Positions 1-9,764 of a stretch of 64,000 nucleotides of DNA are shown one piece after another (within the stretch, counting starts at the first letter, position 1; every line of letters begins with the position of its first letter). Made by a program: the position numbers and the translations under genes. A model generated the notes under the pieces. It was not told the DNA's origin. It did not search any database and worked only from the letters and a program-made list of their open reading frames with translations. Source of the stretch: an uncultured bacterium (GTDB lineage Bacteria; Macinerneyibacteriota; Macinerneyibacteria; Macinerneyibacteriales; DSCS01); the NCBI GenBank assembly GCA_964548195.1, contig CAZJQC010000002.1:1-64000 (forward strand), given 5' to 3'.

Positions 1-9
1 GCTTTTTTC

Positions 10-37
10 TTGAAATGAATGGGGCGGATGCTATACT
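10..37 (+). promoter_or_regulatory. sigma70-type promoter of the ptsN-trmH-dehydrogenase-mgtE-recO operon
   Basis: TTGAAA(10-15), 16-nt spacer ending TGC, TATACT(32-37), upstream of ATG 64. Confidence 0.55.
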
Positions 38-63
38 TAAGGGAATATACGGACTGGTGATTT

Positions 64-522
64 ATGAAAATAACTGATTATGTCAAACGCGACCACATCT
101 ATCTTTCGGGGGAGATGGCGGACAAGGAGGAAGCGCTGCGTTATTTGTGCGGCCGCATAGCCGCGGACACCGGCAGCGATTTTGAAAGCATATTCAAATC
201 GGTCATGGAAAGAGAGAGAAAACTTTCAACGGGTATCGGGTTGGGCATAGCCGTGCCCCACGGCAGGATCAAGAGCTGGGGGGACACCGTGATGACTTTG
301 CTTCTGCTTGACGAGCCTGTAGACTATGGTTCGCTTGACGGCTCCCCTGTACGCCTGATCATACTGTTTGTATCTGATTCCGATAAACCCTGTGAGCATG
401 TGAACATACTTTCGAAAATATCCTATGTGCTGGCACAGGGAGACACACTGGACCGGATCTTGTCGAGTTCTTCTTCCGATCAATTGTATGACACGATTGT
501 TGCCAGGGAAAATGATTTATGA
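64..522 (+). CDS. PTS EIIA-2 domain protein (PtsN/EIIA-Ntr-like)
   Basis: Signature ERERKLSTGIGLGIAVPHGR with the phospho-His; stand-alone 152 aa. Confidence 0.9.
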   Translation: MKITDYVKRDHIYLSGEMADKEEALRYLCGRIAADTGSDFESIFKSVMERERKLSTGIGLGIAVPHGRIKSWGDTVMTLLLLDEPVDYGSLDGSPVRLIILFVSDSDKPCEHVNILSKISYVLAQGDTLDRILSSSSSDQLYDTIVARENDL

Positions 523-534
523 TATAATCTTTCC

Positions 535-1173
535 GTGGGATTATCGGAATATTTTAAACATATTACATCCGAAAGGCTTGAGAGGCTGCGGGAGGCTGCA
601 GCCAACAGGAGCCGCTACTATACCTTTGTCTTTGACAATTTTTTTGACCCTCACAATATCAGCGCGGGGATCAGAAGCATAGAGGCGTTCGGATTTCAGG
701 ATGTTCACATAATCACAGGCACCAATCCGTTTAAGATCAATAAATCCATATCAAGAGGCTGTTCAAAATGGCTGGATGTAAAGTTATACGATGATGTCGG
801 CGCATGTTTTAAATATCTGAAAAACGAGGGATACACCATATTGGTCGCGGACCCGAATGAAAATGGCCTGACCATAGACGACATGGGGTCGGCCGGCAGG
901 TCGGCATTTGTTTTCGGGCAGGAGCTGTACGGTATTTCAGACGAAGCGCGTGCCCTGTCGGACGGGAGCTTCCGCATACGGATGAGAGGTTATGTGGAAA
1001 GCTTCAATGTATCCGTATCTGTGGCGTTAGCCGCATTCGCCGCGAGACGCCATTGCGAACAAAACATCCCGGAAGAGGATTGGCTGTTCAGCGCTGCGGA
1101 AAGAGACGCCCTCGTTGAGAAATGGCTTCTAAAAAACACCGTTATCGGAAAAATATCCGGAGGAAAGATATGA
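535..1173 (+). CDS. SPOUT RNA methyltransferase, TrmH family
   Basis: DPHNISAGIRSIEAFG, VFGQELYGIS and MRGYVESFNVSVS SPOUT motifs; GTG start. Confidence 0.85.
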   Translation: MGLSEYFKHITSERLERLREAAANRSRYYTFVFDNFFDPHNISAGIRSIEAFGFQDVHIITGTNPFKINKSISRGCSKWLDVKLYDDVGACFKYLKNEGYTILVADPNENGLTIDDMGSAGRSAFVFGQELYGISDEARALSDGSFRIRMRGYVESFNVSVSVALAAFAARRHCEQNIPEEDWLFSAAERDALVEKWLLKNTVIGKISGGKI

Positions 1174-2135
1174 TGAAAAAAGTCTATGTTTCATTTAAGA
1201 TACCTGAACAGGGCATCGAAGAACTCAAGAAACATTTCATTGTTCATGTGAACCAGGAAGACAAGGCTGTTTCCCGGGAATGGCTTGTTAAAAACATTAA
1301 AGATTACTACGGAATACTCTCGATGCTTCACGATAAAATAGACGCGGAGATCATGGACGCTGCGAACGGCGGCCTTAAGATCATATCAAACTATGCGGTC
1401 GGTTACAATAATATCGATATACCGTATGCCGTTCGCTCCGGCATTACGGTCACCAACACACCGGGTGTCCTTACCGTAGCCACCGCGGAGCTTGCATTCG
1501 CGCTTATGATGAGCCTGCTTCGCAACATACCACAGTCGGACCGATACGTAAAAAACGGCGAATTTGACATGTGGCGCCCAAAATTCATGCTGGGCGAAGA
1601 ACTTACGGGCAAGACTGTGGGCATTATAGGCATGGGCCGCATCGGCTGCGCTTTTGCCCGCATGTTAGCCGGTTTTGACAACCGTATAATCTATTATAAC
1701 AGGCATCGCGCCGATAATGAGACGGAGTCCTCGCTCAAGGCCGAATATGCCGACCTGGATACTCTTTTGGGGGAAAGCGACATCATCTCCATACATGCTC
1801 CTCTGAATGAGGATACATATCACATGTTCACCTACGACACGTTTACGAAGATGCGGCGCGAATCTTATATAATAAACACCGGACGGGGAGCCATCATAAA
1901 GGAAGACGATCTCGCGCGAGCCCTTAAAGAGGGGCTGATCCGGGGGGCGGGGCTCGACGTGTACGAGTTTGAACCGGAAGTGAACAAAGAACTGGTCAAT
2001 ATGGACAACACCGTTCTTCTGCCGCATATAGGAAGCGGATCCTTTTATGCCAGGAATACCATGAGCTCCATGGCGGCACAGGCGATAATCGACCTGCATC
2101 TCGGGAAAAAGCCGGAGCATGTGGTAGAAGCATGA
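1170..2135 (+). CDS. D-2-hydroxyacid dehydrogenase (glyoxylate reductase/D-glycerate dehydrogenase family)
   Basis: AVGYNNID, TNTPGVLT, GIIGMGRIG Rossmann motif, INTGRG, GLDVYEFEP, PHIGS; start moved to the ATGA overlap at 1170. Confidence 0.9.
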   Translation: MMKKVYVSFKIPEQGIEELKKHFIVHVNQEDKAVSREWLVKNIKDYYGILSMLHDKIDAEIMDAANGGLKIISNYAVGYNNIDIPYAVRSGITVTNTPGVLTVATAELAFALMMSLLRNIPQSDRYVKNGEFDMWRPKFMLGEELTGKTVGIIGMGRIGCAFARMLAGFDNRIIYYNRHRADNETESSLKAEYADLDTLLGESDIISIHAPLNEDTYHMFTYDTFTKMRRESYIINTGRGAIIKEDDLARALKEGLIRGAGLDVYEFEPEVNKELVNMDNTVLLPHIGSGSFYARNTMSSMAAQAIIDLHLGKKPEHVVEA

Positions 2136-3496
2136 TGGACAACCAGGAAAAGATCGATGCCTTTGTACAGGAACTCCTGACGGAAGGGCTCAATAAAAAA
2201 GCTGCAGATTTCATACAGGAAGAGTTTCGTGCGGAAGATATCATCGACATACTCAATAATGTGGACCAAGGCGTGTCCGAAGCCCTTTTCTCATCCATTA
2301 GACCCGGGCTTCAGGGAGAACTGCTTTCTCTCTCATCCGCTTCGCTGCGTTCCGGCCTTTTTGAGTATACTCTCGCAAATTTCACGCCTGAACAGATAGC
2401 TTCAATGCTTTCTGATATAAATGATGACGATCTTACAGATATAATCATGGATTTCCCCCTTGAGATACGGGAAAAGGTATTGCTCAGTCTCCCCCTGAAA
2501 GAACGTCTGGATATAAAGAAACTTATGCAGTATCCGGAGGATACGGCCGGCGGCATCATGACCACAGAGTATTTTTCGGTGCCGGATAACATCATGGTCA
2601 AGGATGTAAAGACCATGCTCAAGGGGACTGCGGATATTGAGTCTCTCATATACATCTACGTACTGGACGGAAGACAGCGTCTGGTGGGCATGCTTTCCCT
2701 GCACGACCTTATGCTCTCTTATGACGATGAAACGGTTATGGGGGCCATGAGGACGGATCTGATAACGGCGGACCCCTACACCGACCAGGAGGATGCGGCC
2801 AGGATCGTCGAGAAATACGACCTGATAGTGTTGCCAGTCATCGACGAGAATAAACGTATGCTGGGCATAATCACCGTCGACGATATCATAGATGTCATAC
2901 GCGAGGAACAGACCGAGGACCTTTATAAGACCGTGGGCACCGCGGAGGAGGAGATCTACACCAAGAACATCTTTTCCGTCGCCAGGCTCAGGCTGCCGTG
3001 GCTGATCAGCACGTTTTTCGGCAGCATGTTTTCGGCCTGGCTGCTTTCCAGGTTTAACCGCACCCTGCATGAGATCATCGTGCTCACCAGCTTTGTCCCG
3101 GTAATCACGGCAATGGGGGGTAATATCGGCAGTCAGACCTCGACTATAGTCGTACGCGGCCTTGCGATGGGATATATCAATCTTAACCGCATAAAAGAGA
3201 CTATTTTAAGAGAATTGGGTGTGGCATCGATCATGGGGCTTCTTGTAGGGGCGATCATCTCCGTCATCGCTTTTTTATGGCACGGAAACGTGATGCTTGG
3301 ACTGATACTCGGCATATCGATGATATGTGCGGTAACAGTCGCCTCAGTAATAGGGACGCTCGCCCCATTTACATTTAAGAGGCTCAATATAGACCCGGCC
3401 ATAGCCGCCGGCCCTATGGTCACGACCGCAAATGACTCCACAGGCATACTTATATATCTGGGTCTTGCCACATTGCTTCTTGAATATTTGAGATGA
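2132..3496 (+). CDS. mgtE: magnesium transporter MgtE
   Basis: N-domain, YPEDTAGGIMT, CBS pair, GIITVDD, MGGNIGSQ, DPAIAAGPMVTTAND. Confidence 0.95.
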   Translation: MMDNQEKIDAFVQELLTEGLNKKAADFIQEEFRAEDIIDILNNVDQGVSEALFSSIRPGLQGELLSLSSASLRSGLFEYTLANFTPEQIASMLSDINDDDLTDIIMDFPLEIREKVLLSLPLKERLDIKKLMQYPEDTAGGIMTTEYFSVPDNIMVKDVKTMLKGTADIESLIYIYVLDGRQRLVGMLSLHDLMLSYDDETVMGAMRTDLITADPYTDQEDAARIVEKYDLIVLPVIDENKRMLGIITVDDIIDVIREEQTEDLYKTVGTAEEEIYTKNIFSVARLRLPWLISTFFGSMFSAWLLSRFNRTLHEIIVLTSFVPVITAMGGNIGSQTSTIVVRGLAMGYINLNRIKETILRELGVASIMGLLVGAIISVIAFLWHGNVMLGLILGISMICAVTVASVIGTLAPFTFKRLNIDPAIAAGPMVTTANDSTGILIYLGLATLLLEYLR

Positions 3497-4167
3497 TGCA
3501 AAACATATCGGGCTATGTGATCAAGAAGACGAAGTACAGGGAGACATCCCTGATCGCCGAAGTATATACCATGGAGCAGGGGAGGGTCTCATTCCTCCTG
3601 AAGGGGGCGCTGCGCGAAAACAGCAGATATCTGGGCGCGATGGAGTATTTAAACCTGATACAAGCCAGTTATTACAGAAAAGAGACGACAACATTATATG
3701 TACCGGTATCATTGGATCTTTTAGAAGAAAATCGTCATATTTCCGATAATATAGAATATTTCATGCTTACCGGCGAGCTGTTTTCCTATATGCGCAGGTT
3801 CATACCCGAGAACGAGCCGGACCAGGAGCTTTTTCTTTCCATGAGGCATCTGATAAAGGGCATAAGCGCGGGAAAAGGAAACAAGGCAGTCGTTTATTTT
3901 TTCCTGAAGCTACTGAAAGCCATAGGACATGAGATAAATGTACAGGAATGTTGCAGTTGCGGCTCAGGATACGCACCCGGATACTTTGATTATGAAAACG
4001 GGAAGATCGGATGCGGAAAGTGCACGGTCGGAGAAGAGATCGGGACTGAGTCCGCGGAGATAATATGGCGCCTCACATGCGGAAAAGGCAGGTCCCTCCC
4101 GCTTGAAAAAGCGGCCTTCAACAGGATCATCGGTGTTCTAAGAAAGTATATTAACAGACATTGTTAG
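3493..4167 (+). CDS. recO: DNA repair protein RecO
   Basis: N-terminal OB fold (YRETSLIAEVYTMEQGRV) and C-terminal zinc finger (CCSCG...CGKC). Confidence 0.85.
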   Translation: MMQNISGYVIKKTKYRETSLIAEVYTMEQGRVSFLLKGALRENSRYLGAMEYLNLIQASYYRKETTTLYVPVSLDLLEENRHISDNIEYFMLTGELFSYMRRFIPENEPDQELFLSMRHLIKGISAGKGNKAVVYFFLKLLKAIGHEINVQECCSCGSGYAPGYFDYENGKIGCGKCTVGEEIGTESAEIIWRLTCGKGRSLPLEKAAFNRIIGVLRKYINRHC

Positions 4168-4173
4168 AAAAAA

Positions 4174-4247
4174 TACGCCCAGGAGGATTCGAACCCCCAA
4201 CCTTCTGGTCCGTAGCCAAACGCTCTATCCAGTTGAGCTATGGGCGC
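4174..4247 (-). tRNA. tRNA-Arg(ACG), CCA not encoded
   Basis: Reverse complement GCGCCCATAGCTCAACTGGATAGAGCGTTTGGCTACGGACCAGAAGGTTGGGGGTTCGAATCCTCCTGGGCGTA folds as a cloverleaf with anticodon ACG. Confidence 0.97.
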
Positions 4248-4259
4248 GACGACCTGGAT

Positions 4260-4287
4260 ATTATATCAATAACTTAAATGGTGTCAA
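4260..4287 (-). promoter_or_regulatory. consensus sigma70 promoter of tRNA-Arg
   Basis: Minus strand TTGACA, 16 nt, (TGA)TATAAT, just upstream of the tRNA 5' end. Confidence 0.8.
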
Positions 4288-4320
4288 TAAAAAACGCGTT
4301 TACCGAAAATATAATTGTTA

Positions 4321-4348
4321 TTGAAATATTCATTTATTTTGCTATAAT
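4321..4348 (+). promoter_or_regulatory. sigma70-type promoter of the histidine kinase gene
   Basis: TTGAAA, 16 nt, (TGC)TATAAT. Confidence 0.55.
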
Positions 4349-4386
4349 CAGACTAAATTGGATTTATCTTACTATAATAAACCTGG

Positions 4387-5394
4387 GTGTGGTGTATGGC
4401 GCTGAACGGCACAGTAATACTTGTAATTGACAGGAGCGATCTGGCCGTCAAGTGGACAGAGGATTGCGGCTTTTCGTTTTGCGCCGATTGCCGGGGACTG
4501 CCGCTGGCCGACCTCCTCACGCCGCAGGACCTGGATGACATAATAAGTTCAGGGGAGGGGATAAGATACGGACTCTCTATCCCTCTAAAAGAGGAAAAGA
4601 CTGCCTGCGGCATGGTGATCTGCAATACGGTGACCACTGCAAACGAGATAGTGCTCTATGTCAAGAGCAGTATATCTCCTGAAAAAAGCCGTCAGTTTCT
4701 TGAACGCGTCCATCATCTTGAGCACACTATCAGAAAAATATGTTCTGTTGTCCATGATTTTAATAATATAATAACTGTTGTCAGCGGATATGCGGATCTG
4801 ATAAAGAAGAAAAGCGAGGATAATAGCGGAAAAAGCATCTCTCATGAGATAACATCGATATTGTCTTCATGCAACAAAGCTTCAACACTCTCAAGGTCTA
4901 TAATAGCGCTATCCGGGGAGAACACGACGCGCCCGCAATATAAACGTTATGACCTGATAAAAACACTGAATGAGAACATAAACCTGATCAGGCAGATCAT
5001 CTCTCCCGGCATCACTATCTCATTGCGCCATGACTCGTCAGACTGCTTTGTTTTTTCAGACGGCATTTCTTTTGACCAGATATTCAACAACCTTATCATC
5101 AATGCTGTTGACGCGGTACCTGAGGACGGGGGGGAAATAGACATCTTCCTGCGCAATATCCTCACGGAGGGCAGGCCGCAGATCGAGATCCGCATATCTG
5201 ACAACGGCAAAGGGATAGAACCGGAGTTTCTGACCAGAGTGTTCGACCCGTTTTTCACCACCAAGAACAAAGACAACGGCACGGGACTGGGATTATATGC
5301 GGTCAGGTCACTGATAAACGGCATGGGCGGAAGTGTTTCAGTCGAAAGTGTCGTGGGGACAGGAACAGTCTTTAAAATTTTGATACCGAAATAA
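4387..5394 (+). CDS. soluble sensor histidine kinase (HisKA + HATPase_c)
   Basis: H-box VHDFNNIIT, N-box NLIINAVDA, DNGKGI, FDPFFTTK, GTGLGL; start may be ATG 4396. Confidence 0.9.
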   Translation: MWCMALNGTVILVIDRSDLAVKWTEDCGFSFCADCRGLPLADLLTPQDLDDIISSGEGIRYGLSIPLKEEKTACGMVICNTVTTANEIVLYVKSSISPEKSRQFLERVHHLEHTIRKICSVVHDFNNIITVVSGYADLIKKKSEDNSGKSISHEITSILSSCNKASTLSRSIIALSGENTTRPQYKRYDLIKTLNENINLIRQIISPGITISLRHDSSDCFVFSDGISFDQIFNNLIINAVDAVPEDGGEIDIFLRNILTEGRPQIEIRISDNGKGIEPEFLTRVFDPFFTTKNKDNGTGLGLYAVRSLINGMGGSVSVESVVGTGTVFKILIPK

Positions 5395-5453
5395 CCATCT
5401 TGCTTGAATCGGATTCATTCTATGTTATATTATCTTTTGAAGGGGGAGATATA

Positions 5454-6437
5454 GTGTATTGCATAATCAGTCCCAGCGACGACCCGTATTTTAACATGGC
5501 GGCCGACGAGTATATATTGAAAGACTTCTCCAGGGAATGTTTCATGCTGTACAAGAACAGGAACGCCGTGATAATAGGCAGACATCAAAACACACTTTCA
5601 GAAATAAATTCGGATTATGTAAACCGGCATGGCGTCTCTGTCGTGCGCAGGTCATCAGGCGGGGGAGCCGTATACCATGATATGGGAAACCTTAATTTTA
5701 CTTTTGCCGCGACGGACAGCACCGGGAGAAAAGACATAGATTTCAGAAGATTTACAGAACCGATAATATCGCTGCTCCGCTCTTTGGGTGTCAACGCCGC
5801 TTTCCAGGGAAGAAACGACCTGACCATAGACGGGAAAAAATTTTCGGGCAATGCCGGTTACAGGGCGGGGAAACGGGTGCTTTCTCACGGGACTCTTCTT
5901 TTTGACGCCGATCTTGAACAGGCCGCCAGGATCCTTAACGTCGATCCCGAAAAGTTCAGCGACAAAACGGTCAAGTCGGTAAGAAGCAGGATAACAAACA
6001 TACGGGAGCATCTGGCCTCGGACATGACTATGGACGACTTTGAAAAGAGGTTGATCAAACATGTCCTTTCAAAATACGATGACGCTGCCGAATATTTTTT
6101 TAACTCCGATGATATAAAAAGGATAAATGAGTTGAAACGGTCAAAGTATGCCACCTGGGAGTGGAATTTCGGCAAAACGGTACGTTACGGGTTTAAAAAG
6201 ACGCAAAGAACGGCAGGGGGCACGATCACCGCTGAGATGACTGTAAAACGGGGAATAATAACGGCAATCGCTTTTTCCGGAGATTATTTCGGAAACGCCG
6301 ACTCCGGCGGTCTATCGGCATCGCTTATCGGGGTGAGACATCATCCTGAAGATGTCCGTTCTGTCCTTAAGACGGTCACGCTTGAGGACTATATGGTGAA
6401 TGTCACAGCGGAAGATATTATATTTTTACTGTTTTAA
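5454..6437 (+). CDS. lplA: lipoate-protein ligase A
   Basis: DPYFNMAADEY, IGRHQN, RRSSGGGAVYHD, GRNDL, KFSGNA, HGTLLFD, WEWNFG; GTG 5454 follows a GGGGGAG SD. Confidence 0.93.
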   Translation: MYCIISPSDDPYFNMAADEYILKDFSRECFMLYKNRNAVIIGRHQNTLSEINSDYVNRHGVSVVRRSSGGGAVYHDMGNLNFTFAATDSTGRKDIDFRRFTEPIISLLRSLGVNAAFQGRNDLTIDGKKFSGNAGYRAGKRVLSHGTLLFDADLEQAARILNVDPEKFSDKTVKSVRSRITNIREHLASDMTMDDFEKRLIKHVLSKYDDAAEYFFNSDDIKRINELKRSKYATWEWNFGKTVRYGFKKTQRTAGGTITAEMTVKRGIITAIAFSGDYFGNADSGGLSASLIGVRHHPEDVRSVLKTVTLEDYMVNVTAEDIIFLLF

Positions 6438-6497
6438 TATACCGAGGGGTTGAAAAAATACTTCTTTTTATAATACTTAACTTATAAGGAGAAGGAT

Positions 6498-7661
6498 TTG
6501 TTAGTAGCTATTGTCGACGATATACCGGAGAACAGAAAGTATCTGGCGTCTCTGGTCAAAAACAATACTGATTACAATGTGATGCTTTCAGAATCGGGTA
6601 AGGATCTGATAGAGTATCTCCACAGGGACGATCCCCAGATACCCGATATAATACTGCTTGATATAATGCTTCCGGAGATGAACGGTTTTGAGACGGCTGA
6701 GAGGATCAAGTCCATATCCTATTGTGTCGACGTGCCGATCATCTTTATTACGGCATTAAATGACGATGACAGCATAAAGCAGGCCTTTTCCCGCGGAGGC
6801 ATAGACTATATTTCGAAACCCGTGCATAAGGAGGAATTGCTTGCGCGTTTAAAGGTACACCTTGATCTTAAGCGAAGCACCCTTGAATTGAAAAAGAAGA
6901 ACGCCGAGCTTACCGATGAACGGGAACTGCTGCGTAAAAGAGGGCGGGAACTGCGGGGCCTATACAGGACGCTCAAGCTTATGGAGGAGGTAACGGACCT
7001 TGATGCATTGTTGGGGTCTATGGTGGATCATGTCATACCGGAGGCCATGACATGGTCTGATCAGGTGATAGCCATGATCGTCACAAATGAAAAACGTTTT
7101 ATTACCCGTTCAAACGAGGAAAGATTGCCGGGTTTTACGGTAAAGGCGCAGATCAGGGCCGGGAAAAATGATTTTGGCGAGCTTATCGTGGGGTATGATG
7201 CGGCCTCCGGCGATATTTTGACACCCTTTGAACAAAAACTGATACATGCTTTTGCCTCCCATCTGGCCATAATAATAGACAAACAGGCATCGCTGGCGAG
7301 GATCTCAAACATCAACGAGATCATCGGACGTTTTTTAAACGCCTCTTTTGCGAAGGAAGGCATATTGATACTTAATGCCGAGAACAAGGCAATATATCAT
7401 AACGACAGATTTTTTGATGTGTTCGGGATCGACCGAAAAGATTTTAAGAAAGATTCGATAGGGGAACTTTCTGCCGGCCTTATCGACATGTTCGTCGACC
7501 CGCAGCGCCTGATCGACTATTTCAGGAGTTTCTACGATTCCGACGAGTCCATGGATATTGAGATCATGTCGAAAAACGGGGAGACTTTTTCTATCAGCGG
7601 ACGCGTGCTTTCTGAGAAAGGCATTGTCTTCGGCAAAGTCCTGAATGTCAGGGTGGTTTAG
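6498..7661 (+). CDS. response regulator: REC + coiled coil + GAF-like + PAS-like, no output domain
   Basis: IVDD...PDIILLDIMLPEMNG...FITAL...DYISKP; C-terminal GILILNAENKAIYHNDRF PAS-like segment; SD AAGGAG, TTG start. Confidence 0.85.
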   Translation: MLVAIVDDIPENRKYLASLVKNNTDYNVMLSESGKDLIEYLHRDDPQIPDIILLDIMLPEMNGFETAERIKSISYCVDVPIIFITALNDDDSIKQAFSRGGIDYISKPVHKEELLARLKVHLDLKRSTLELKKKNAELTDERELLRKRGRELRGLYRTLKLMEEVTDLDALLGSMVDHVIPEAMTWSDQVIAMIVTNEKRFITRSNEERLPGFTVKAQIRAGKNDFGELIVGYDAASGDILTPFEQKLIHAFASHLAIIIDKQASLARISNINEIIGRFLNASFAKEGILILNAENKAIYHNDRFFDVFGIDRKDFKKDSIGELSAGLIDMFVDPQRLIDYFRSFYDSDESMDIEIMSKNGETFSISGRVLSEKGIVFGKVLNVRVV

Positions 7662-7664
7662 TCC

Positions 7665-8105
7665 ATGAAGGCACGGCTGGCAATACTACTGGCCATGGCA
7701 GCGGTCGTGTGGTTTGCGGCCAATAGACATGAGCTGAGGAGCATCGAGCGGGACATGGCACAAAGATCCGGATTAACACTCACCCTGCGCGCGGCGAACC
7801 CATTTTCGCTGAAACACCTGACGCTGTCGATGGAGAGGAAGCCGTATGATGTGCCGGGTGAGCGTGAGATGAAGTCTATAATGGATCGTGTGCCTTCATA
7901 CTGCGGATCTTTTGATATTGCAGCCAACGACACTATACTCATACGTGTGGACATGGACCGCTTCAGGGGAGACGGGACCCCGGATGATTTTGTCCTTCGC
8001 ATGATCGAGAGCGCCGGTCTCCGGGAAAAGAACGGCAGTTATTCCGAACACTGTTTTGCCGCATACGAGTTGTTTGAAGAAATCATGCGTAATTGGGGGG
8101 ATTGA
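7665..8105 (+). CDS. hypothetical exported or membrane-anchored protein
   Basis: 146-aa ORF filling the gap between two regulators; N-terminal hydrophobic stretch LAILLAMAAVVWFAA. Confidence 0.65.
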   Translation: MKARLAILLAMAAVVWFAANRHELRSIERDMAQRSGLTLTLRAANPFSLKHLTLSMERKPYDVPGEREMKSIMDRVPSYCGSFDIAANDTILIRVDMDRFRGDGTPDDFVLRMIESAGLREKNGSYSEHCFAAYELFEEIMRNWGD

Positions 8106-8107
8106 AG

Positions 8108-9376
8108 ATGACGGACAAAAAATGTATCATGGTGGTGGAGAATTTCAAGGAGGATCTCCGAACACTTACGGATATGATAGAAAAAAACACGGAATTGAGT
8201 GTTGTCAGCGCTCCCGATGCGGATATTGCGGAGCAGATGTTTGAAGTGGAGATGTTCAAGACAAAAAAGTACTCAACGCCTGAGATCATCATCATAGATG
8301 TCATACTGCCGGGTCATGACGGATTCGAGCTCGCGTCCTCTCTGGCGAAACGCAAGGAATCCCAAAATATACCGGTTCTTTTTATAGTGGCGTCCACGGA
8401 TATTCAAAATAAAAAAAGGATATTTCAATTCGGCGGAAAGGATTATATTGAGAAACCATTTGTCATGGAGGAAGTGCTTACGCGCATAGACGTACAGCTT
8501 AATTACAAGCGCATCAAGGACGAACTCATGATAAAAAGCGAATTACTTGAAGATAATGAAAAACTGCTTTTAAGCAGGGGGCGTGAGATAAAAGGGCTTC
8601 TTGAGATAACAAAATTCATAGACAGCGACACGGATACAGACAAAATGCTTATGGCTATCACAAAAAAGGTGATCCCGGAGCATCTTCAATACCCGGACCG
8701 GACATATTGCGAGATAGAGATAGACAAGAAGGTCTTTTCGAATTTTACCAATGTATATTCCTCCAATAACTTTTCACTTGTAGTGCCCATAAGAGTGAAC
8801 GGGAAGGAGCGCGGCACATTGCGTGTCGGCTATGAAAAAAGCGAGGGGAAACTCTTGAGCAATTTTGAAAAGATGATGATGACCGTATACGCATCAAAGA
8901 TCTCACATATGATAGAAAAGAGGGAGATACGTGTTTTAGAGGAGAATGTCTCGGGACTGCTGAAGACCACCATGGACGCGTACCGGGACGGGCTGCTGAT
9001 CATGTCTCCCGACGGTACAACGCGCTATAATGACAATTTCAAGGCTATATGGGGCATTAACGAGGCTTTTCTCCGAAAAGAGGGAGGAAAAAAACTGATC
9101 GCAGAGATGAAAAATAAATTGTCAGACCCTGATAAATTTGACGAGATGACAAAAAGCATCAGTGTCAACGGAAAGGGCGGGGAAGGGGTGATCGGGTTCA
9201 AAGACGGCCGCTCATTCATACTAACGACCTTTAAGTTGGACACGGAGGGCTACGGTATTTCCTATATATGGAATTTTCATGACAACACTGAGGAAACACG
9301 GATCAAAAAGGAGCTGGCCGCGCTTCGCGACAAGAACAATCAACTGGAACAGATGGTCAAAAACAGGAATATTTAA
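8108..9376 (+). CDS. response regulator paralogue: REC + GAF-like + PAS-like + coiled coil
   Basis: PEIIIIDVILPGHDG...DYIEKPF; similar throughout to 6498-7661 (e.g. GTLRVGYE vs GELIVGYD). Confidence 0.85.
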   Translation: MTDKKCIMVVENFKEDLRTLTDMIEKNTELSVVSAPDADIAEQMFEVEMFKTKKYSTPEIIIIDVILPGHDGFELASSLAKRKESQNIPVLFIVASTDIQNKKRIFQFGGKDYIEKPFVMEEVLTRIDVQLNYKRIKDELMIKSELLEDNEKLLLSRGREIKGLLEITKFIDSDTDTDKMLMAITKKVIPEHLQYPDRTYCEIEIDKKVFSNFTNVYSSNNFSLVVPIRVNGKERGTLRVGYEKSEGKLLSNFEKMMMTVYASKISHMIEKREIRVLEENVSGLLKTTMDAYRDGLLIMSPDGTTRYNDNFKAIWGINEAFLRKEGGKKLIAEMKNKLSDPDKFDEMTKSISVNGKGGEGVIGFKDGRSFILTTFKLDTEGYGISYIWNFHDNTEETRIKKELAALRDKNNQLEQMVKNRNI

Positions 9377-9461
9377 TCAAAAGGCTATAGGGACAGGCTT
9401 AAGGTGAAACATAACAACAACATACGTATTATCTTAAATTTTATTAAAAAATATTTTTTGC

Positions 9462-9489
9462 TTGAAAAATCGGGATAATTCACTATACT
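9462..9489 (+). promoter_or_regulatory. promoter of the tRNA-Val pair
   Basis: TTGAAA, 16 nt, TATACT, preceded by an AT-rich UP-like tract. Confidence 0.65.
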
Positions 9490-9500
9490 GTTTTTGTAGC

Positions 9501-9573
9501 GGGCACATAGCTCAGTTGGTAGAGTAGCTGCTTGACGTGCAGTTGGTCGGGGGTTCGAATCCCTCTGTGCCCA
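9501..9573 (+). tRNA. tRNA-Val(GAC), CCA not encoded
   Basis: GGGCACATAGCTCAGTTGGTAGAGTAGCTGCTTGACGTGCAGTTGGTCGGGGGTTCGAATCCCTCTGTGCCCA cloverleaf. Confidence 0.95.
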
Positions 9574-9594
9574 TTATCGGAACACAGTCTTAAC

Positions 9595-9667
9595 GGGCAT
9601 GTAGCTCAGTCGGTAGAGTAGCAGCTTCACATGTTGTTGGTCGGGAGTTCGAGTCTCCCCATGCCCA
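9595..9667 (+). tRNA. tRNA-Val(CAC), CCA not encoded
   Basis: GGGCATGTAGCTCAGTCGGTAGAGTAGCAGCTTCACATGTTGTTGGTCGGGAGTTCGAGTCTCCCCATGCCCA cloverleaf. Confidence 0.93.
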
Positions 9668-9764
9668 TGCGTGTTTTTGTCCGAATCTCATAAATCTTCA
9701 AAAGACAGTACACATCATAGTGACGGGTCAATACGCGGCCGGTATTCAGAAAAGGGGGTTGAGT

